From NCBI RefSeq assembly GCF_009914755.1, contig NC_060930.1: a stretch of DNA of 64,000 nt; one strand, given 5' to 3'. Under the pieces are notes generated by a model that did no database searches, had not been told where the DNA came from, and saw nothing but the letters and a program-made list of their open reading frames with translations. A program made the position numbers and the translations under genes. Numbering within the stretch: the stretch's first letter is position 1; each line of letters opens with the position of its first letter. The DNA is from the human T2T-CHM13v2.0 reference genome, Homo sapiens. Shown here one piece after another: positions 53,570 to 64,000 of the stretch.

Positions 53570-55847
53570 TGTCAGTCCTTTTTCCCACTGCTGATAAAGA
53601 CATACCTGAGACTGGGAAGAAAAAGAGGTTTAATTGGACTTACAGTTACACATGGCTGGGGAGGCCTCAGAGTCATGGCGGGAGGTGAAAGGTGCTTCTT
53701 ACATGATGGTGGCAAGAGAAAATGAGGAAGATGCAAAAGCAGAAACCCCTGATAAACCCATCAGATCTCATGAGACTTATTCACTACCATGAGGACAGCA
53801 TGGGGGAAGCCGCCCACATGATTCAAATTATCTCCCACCTGGTCCTTCCCACAACACATGGGAATTATGGGAGTATAATTCAAAATGAGATTTGGGTGGG
53901 GACACAGAGCCAAACCATATCATTCCACCCCTGGCCCCTCCAAATCTCTTATTGTCACATTTTGAAACCAATTATACCTTCCCAACAGTCCCTCAAAGTC
54001 TAAACTCAATTCAGCAGTAACCCAAAAGTCCACAGTCCAAAGCCTCGTCTGGGACAAGGCAAGTCCCTTCCACCTATGAGCCTGTAACATCAAAAGCAAG
54101 CTAGTTACTTCCTAGATACAATGGGGGTACAGGTAATGGGTAAATACAGCCATCCTAAATGGTAGAAATTGGCCAAAACAAAGGGATTACAGGCTCCATG
54201 CAAGTCCAAAATCCAGCAGGGCAGTCAAATTCTAAAGCTCCAAAATGATATCCTTTGATTCCATGTCTCACATCCAAGTCACGCTGATGCAAGAGGTAGA
54301 TTCCCATAGTCTTGGGAATCTCCACCCCTGAAGCTTTGCAGAGTATAACGCCCCTCCTGGCTGCTTTCATGTGCTGGCATTGAGTGTCTGCAGCTTTTCC
54401 AGGCACATGGCACAAGCTGTTGGTGGATCTACGATTCTGGGGTCTGGAGGACAGTGGCCCTCTTCTCACAGCTCCACTAGACAGTACCCCAGTAGGGAAT
54501 CTGTGTAGGGGCTCTGATCCCACATTTCCCTCCAACATTGCCCTAGCAGAGTTCTCCATGAGGGCCCTACTCTTGCAGCAAACTTTTGCCTGGGCATCCA
54601 GGTGTTTCCATACATCTTCTGAAATCTAGGTGGAGTTTCCCAAACCTCAATTCTTGACTTCTGTGCACTCGCAGGCACAGTACCACGTAGAAGCTGCCAA
54701 GGCTTGGGGCTTGCACCCTCTGAAACCATGGGCCAAGCTGTACCTTGGTCTCTTTTAGCAATGGCTGGAGTAGCTGGGACACATGGCACCAAGTCCCTAG
54801 GCTGCACACCACATGAGGACCCTGGGCCTGGTCCATGAAACCATTTTTTCCTCCTAGGCTTCCAGGTCTGTGATGGGAGGGGCTGCCATGAAGACCTATG
54901 ACATGCCCTGGAGACATTTTCTCCATTGTCTTGGTGATTAACATCCTTGTTACTTATGTAAATTTCTGCAGCCAGCTTGAATTTCTCCTCAAAAAATTGG
55001 TCTTTTTCTTTTCTTTTCTGCTCCATTGTCAGGCTGCAAATTTTCCAAACTTTTGTGCTCTGTTTTAAAATGGAATGCTTTTATCAGCACCCAAGTCACC
55101 TCTTGAATGCTTTGCTGCTTAGAAATTTCTTCTGCCAGATACCCTAAATCATCTCTCTCAAGTTCAAAGTTCCACAAATCTCTAGGGCAGGGGCAAAATA
55201 CTAAGAGTCTCTTTGTAAAACATAACAAGAGTTACCTTTCCTCCAATTCCCAACAAGTTCCTCATCTCCATCTGAGACCACCTCAGCCTGGACCTTATCA
55301 TTAATATCACTATCAGCATTTCTGTTAAAGCCATTCAATAAATCTCTAGGAGGTTCCAAGCTTTCCCACATTTTCCTGTTTTCTTATGAGCCCTCCAAAC
55401 TGTTCCAAACTCTGCCTGTTACCCAGTTCCAAAGTTGCTTCCACATTTTCAGATATCTTTTCAGCAACACTCCACTCTACTGTTACCAATTTACTGTATT
55501 AATCCATTTTCACACTGCTGATAAAGATATACATAAGACTGGGAAGAAAAAGGGGTTTAATTGAACTTACAATTCCACATGGCTGGGGAGGCCTCAGAGT
55601 CATGGCGGAAGGTGAAAGGCACTTCTTACGTGGTGGCGGCAAAAGAAAATGAGGAAGATGCAAAAGCAGAAACCCCTGATAAACCCATCAGATCTCGTAT
55701 GACTTATTCACTACCATGAGAACAGTATGGGGAAATGGCCCCCATGATTCAACTATCTCCCACTGGGTCCCTCCCACAACCCATGAGAATTATGGGAGTA
55801 CAATTCAAGATGAGATTTGGGTGGGGACATAGGGCCAAACCATATCA
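53570..55847 (-). mobile_element. Complete THE1A MaLR provirus (5' LTR 55495-55847, 3' LTR 53570-53922)
   Basis: Two LTRs with THE1A-type GAGGAAGATGCAAAAGCAGAAACCCCTGATAAACCC. TSD CTCAC/TTCAC. The internal region is homologous to 17670-19239. Confidence 0.95.
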
Positions 55848-56422
55848 TTCACTAAAAGTTTGGTATTATTAGGCTTTCTAATTTTAACCATTCTAGTGGG
55901 AGTATAGTGGTATCTCATTGTGGTTTTTAGTTTTCCCTAATATCTAATGATGTTGAGCATCTTTTTATGTATTACTAGCCATTTATGTATATTCTTTTGT
56001 CTATTTTAAAATTGGGTTGTCTTATTATTGAGTTGTAATAGTTCTTTATTTATTCATCGTATATATGTGTCTTTAATCATATATATGTGTTCCAATATTT
56101 TCTCTTTTATTTCATACATGTGTTTTATCATATACATGTATTCCAATGTTTTCTCCTAGTCAACAGCTGGCTTTTTATTTTTTGACAGTGTCTTTGAAGA
56201 CCAGAAAGTTTTTATTTTAAAAAAGTTCAATTTTTCCTTTATGATTAGTATTGTTTGTGTCTTATCTAAAAAAAAACTCTGCATATATCAAGATTAAAAG
56301 ATTTTTTTTGTTTTCCTCTAGAAGTGTTATAGTTTTAGCTTTAATAATCAGGTTTATTATTACATTTTAAATTAATTGTTTTGCATGGTGTTAGATAAGC
56401 ATTATGTTTTATTTTTCTTCTT

Positions 56423-56767
56423 CTTCTTTTTTTTTTTTTTTGAGATGGAGTCTCACTTTGTCACCCAGGCTGGAGTGCAGTGGCGCAATCTCAGCTCATT
56501 GCAAGCTCCGCCTCCCAGGTTCATGCCATTCTCCTGCCTCCCAGGTTTACACCATTCTCCTGCCTCAGCCTCCCACCATTCTCCTGCCTCAGCCTCCCAA
56601 GCAGTTGGGACTACAGGCACCTGCCACCATGCCCGGCTACTTTTTTTTTTCTTGTATTTTTGGCAGAGATGGGGTTTCACCATGCTAGCAAGAATGGGCT
56701 CGATCTCTTGACCTTGTGATCCACCTGCCTCAGCCTCCATTACAGGCATGAGCCACTGCGCCTGACC
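56423..56767 (-). mobile_element. AluY/Sc-like with internal tandem duplications and a 12-nt deletion
   Basis: TSD TTATT(T/A)TTCTTCTT at 56409-56422 and 56768-56781. CCATTCTCCTGCCTC occurs three times. Confidence 0.92.
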
Positions 56768-57947
56768 TTATTATTCTTCTTATACAAATATCCAGTTGCT
56801 TCAATATCATTTATTGAAAGAAGTATCCTTTCCTTATGAGATTGCATTGCTGCCCATGCAAATTATCAATTGGCCATTATGTGTGAGTCTACTTCAGGAC
56901 TTTCTATTCCATTGATCTATGTGCTTATATTTAACTTTACCACACTGTGTTGATTAATGTACTTTTTTACTACACATTGAAACTGCCAACTTTGTTTTCT
57001 TTTTCAAAATTATTTCTCTGTTCTGGTCCTTCACATTTCCAAGTAAATTTTTGAATTATTATGTCAATTTTTACAAAAGTCTTCTGGAAATTTGACCAGA
57101 ATTAAGTTAAATTTGTAGATCAACCTAGGGAGAATAAACATCTTAACAATATCAGGTCTTCTAATCCATGAACAAGGTAGACCTCTCTCAATTTACTTAT
57201 ATCTTCTTTAGTTTCTATCCATAGTGTTTTATGGTTTTCAGTTTTCTCTGAATCTATCATGATATATCATTTTCCCCCATTTTTCTCTTAATATGATGAA
57301 TACATTGAATTTCTTTTGCTAGCCTCATCTTGCTTTCTTGGTATAAAGCTTACTAAGTTATGATGTATTATGATTTTTACATATTATGGGATTTAATTTG
57401 CTAAAATTTTGTTAAGGATTTTTGCTTCAAGACTCATAAGGGACTTTAATCTGTAATTTCATCTCTTGTGCTATTTATGTCTGGTTTTGATATTAGAACC
57501 TTGTAAAATGAGTTCTGAAACGTTCTGTCCTTGTCTTGTTTCTGAAAATGTTTGTATAGGATTGCTACCAACTCTTCCATAATGTCTTGAGTTATGATTG
57601 AGTTAGCAAATGAAAAAATCTGTGCCTTTAAGTTTCATCATTATGATAGGACTTACTACAAATTCAGTTTCTGAATAGGCTTTCTATTTTCTCTTGTAAC
57701 TTTTGATTATTTAGAATTTTTTTTATTTTTTTAATTTATTATTATTATACTTTAAGTTTTAGGGTACATGTACACAATGTACAGGTTAGTTACGTATGTA
57801 TACATGTGCCATGCTGGTATGCTGCACCCACCAACTCGTCATCTAGCGTTAGGTATATCTCCCAATGCTATTCCTCCCCCTCCCCCCATCCCACAACAGT
57901 CCCCAGAGTGTGATGTTCCCCTTCCTGTGTCCATGTGTTCTCATTGT

Positions 57948-61808
<3,861 letters not shown>

Positions 61809-61856
61809 TTATTTTGCTCTTTAGTTGATGCAGTTTCTTCCTAGTCTCGATGGTCT

Positions 61857-62870
61857 TTACGTTTTGGCATGATTTTGCAGCGGCTGGTACCGGTTGTTCC
61901 TTTCCATGTTTAGCACTTCCTTCAGGAGCTCTTGTAGGGCAGGCCTGGTGGTGACAAAATCTCTCAGCATTTGCTTGTCTGTAAAGTATTTTATTTCTCC
62001 TTCACTTATGAAGCTTAGTTTGGCTGGATATGAAATTCTGGGTTGAAAATTCTTGTCTTTAAGAATGTTGAATATTGGCCCCCACTCTCTTCTGGCTTGT
62101 AGAGTTTCTGCCGAGAGATCCACTGTTAGTCTGATGGGCTTCGCTTTGTGGGTAACCCGACCTTTCTCTCTGGCTGCCCTTAACATTTTTTCCTTCATTT
62201 CAACTTTGGTAAATCTGACAATTATGTGTCTTGGAGTTGCTCTTCTTGAGGAGTATCTTTGTGGCGTTCTCTGTATTTCCTGAATCTGAATGTTGGCCTG
62301 CCTTGCTAGATTGGGGAAGTTCTCCTGGATAATATCCTGCAGAGTGTTTTCCAGCTTGGTTCCATTCTGCCCGTCACTTTCAGGTACACCAATCAGATGT
62401 AGATTTGGTCTTTTCACATAGTCCCATATTTCTTGGAGGCTTTGCTCATTTCTTTTTATTCTTTTTTCTCTAAACTTCCCTTCTTGCTTCACTTCATTCA
62501 TTTCATCTTCCATCGCTGATACCGTTTCTTCCAGTTGATCGCATCAGCTCCTGAGGCTTCTGCATTCTTCACGTAGTTCTCGAGCCTTGGTTTTCAGCTC
62601 CATCAGCTCCTTTAAGCACTTCTCTGTATTGGTTATTCTAGTTATACATTCTTCTAAATTTTTTTCAAAGTTTTCAACTTCTTTGCCTTTGGCTTGAATG
62701 TCCTCCCGTAGCTTGGAGTAATTTGATTGTCTGAAGCCTTCTCTCAGCACGTCAAAGTCATTCTCCGCCCAGCTTTGTTCCATTGCTGGTGAGGAACTGC
62801 TTTCCTTTGGAGGAGGAGAGGTGCTCTGCTTTTTAGAGTTTCCAGTTTTTCTGCTCTGTTTTTTCCCCAT
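61857..62870 (-). pseudogene. ORF1: L1 ORF1p (RNA-binding chaperone), interrupted by an in-frame stop
   Basis: MGKKQSRKTGNSK...RSLRS* then, in the same frame, MEDEMNE...QNHAKT. CGA>TGA at 62544-62546. Confidence 0.95.
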
Positions 62871-63774
62871 CTTTGTGGTTTTATCTACTTTTGGTCTTTG
62901 ATGATGGTGATGTACAGATGGGTTTTTGGTGTGGATGTCCTTTCTATTTGTTAGTTTTCCTTCTAACAGACAGGACTCTCAGCTGCAGGTCTGTTGGAGT
63001 ACCCTGCCGTGTGAGGTGTCAGTGTGCCCCTGCTGGGGGGTGCCTCCCAGTTAGGCTGCTTGGGGGTCAGGGGTCAGGGACCCACTTGAGGAGGCAGTCT
63101 GCCCATTCTCAGATCTCCAGCTGCGTGCTGGGAGAACCACTGCTCTATTCAAAGCTGTCAGACAGGGACATTTAAGTCTGCAGAGTTTACTGCTGTCTTT
63201 TTGTTTGTCTGTGCCCTGTCCCCAGAGGTGGAGCCTACAGAGGCAGGCAGGCCTCCTTGAGCTGTGGTGGGCTCCACCCAGTTCGAGCTTCCCAGCTGCT
63301 TTGTTTACCTAAGCAAGCCTGGGCAATGGCGGGCGCTCCTCCCCCAGCCTCGCTGCCACCTTGCTGTTTGATCTCAGACTGCTGTGGTAGCAATCAGTGA
63401 GACTCCGTGGGCGTAGGACCCTCCCAGCCAGGTGCGGGATATAATCTCGTGGTGTGCCGTTTTTTAAGCCGGTCGGAAAAGCGCAGTATTCGGGTGGGAG
63501 TGACCCGATTTTCCAGGTGCGTCCATCACCCCTTTCTTTGACTCGGAAAGGGAACTCCCTGACCCCTTGCGCTTCCCAAGTGAGGCAATGCCTTGCCCTG
63601 CTTCAGCTCGCACACGGTGCGCGCGCCCACTGACCTGCGCCCACTGTCTGGCACTCCCTAGTGAGATGAACCCGGTACCTCAGATGGAAATGCAGAAATC
63701 ACCCGTCTTCTGCGTCACTCACTCTGGGAGCTGTAGACCGGAGCTGTTCCTATTCGGCCATGTTGGCTCCTCCC
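62871..63774 (-). promoter_or_regulatory. L1 5'UTR with internal sense promoter and antisense promoter, CpG-rich
   Basis: Complete 5'UTR upstream of the ORF1 ATG; the most extended CpG-rich stretch in the window. Activity is inferred from family knowledge only. Confidence 0.75.
63326..63541 (+). pseudogene. ORF0: L1 ORF0 (antisense), truncated after codon 24
   Basis: ATGGCGGGCGCTCCT.. translates to MAGAPPPASLPPCCLISDCCGSNQ*, with a premature TGA at 63398-63400. The normal stop is at 63539-63541. Confidence 0.85.
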
Positions 63775-64000
63775 GATTATTTATAAATTTTTAAAAATTT
63801 ATACATTTTATCTAAGTTGTCAAATTTATTTACATAAAGTTCACAATGTTTCCTTATTATTTTAAGATTGGTGAGATTAGTAGTGTCCTTTTATTTCTGA
63901 TATTGGTATGTGATTTTTATCTCTCATTTTCTTGGTTACTCTTATTGTGTCATTTTTTTCAAAACACTAACTATGGCTTTATTTTATGTATTGTTTATCT

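Overview
AT-rich, repeat-dense non-coding DNA from an ape (hominoid) genome, most likely human-like intronic or intergenic sequence. The host inference rests on AluY copies and a full-length L1PA3/L1PA2-type LINE-1 carrying the 5'UTR ZNF93-site deletion; the species cannot be determined by eye. I found no cellular protein-coding exon, tRNA, rRNA or CRISPR array. The long ORFs in the track are LINE-1 ORF1/ORF2 pieces, MaLR (THE1) internal ORF pieces, or Alu/LTR/low-complexity read-throughs. Main content: one full-length but dead L1 (57721-63774, minus), a 5'-truncated L1PA7-like copy, several short or old L1s, two complete THE1 proviruses, a truncated THE1 and a solo THE1 LTR, MLT1/MLT2/LTR16 LTRs, about 12 Alu-family copies, DNA-transposon fossils (MER1B, MADE1, Tigger4b, MER5A, MER44, Tigger3a), MIR/L2 remnants and a 25-nt tailless U6 retrocopy. 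I did not find a convincing new biological system. The best leads are an unexplained 168-bp inverted repeat (29618-29785), a headless THE1 that still has a target-site duplication (TSD), a probable 3' transduction on an L1PB, a twin-primed L1PA8, and a triple-invaded MLT2 LTR. Subfamily names come from recalled consensus sequences and should be confirmed with RepeatMasker/Dfam. Boundaries of old repeats are approximate.
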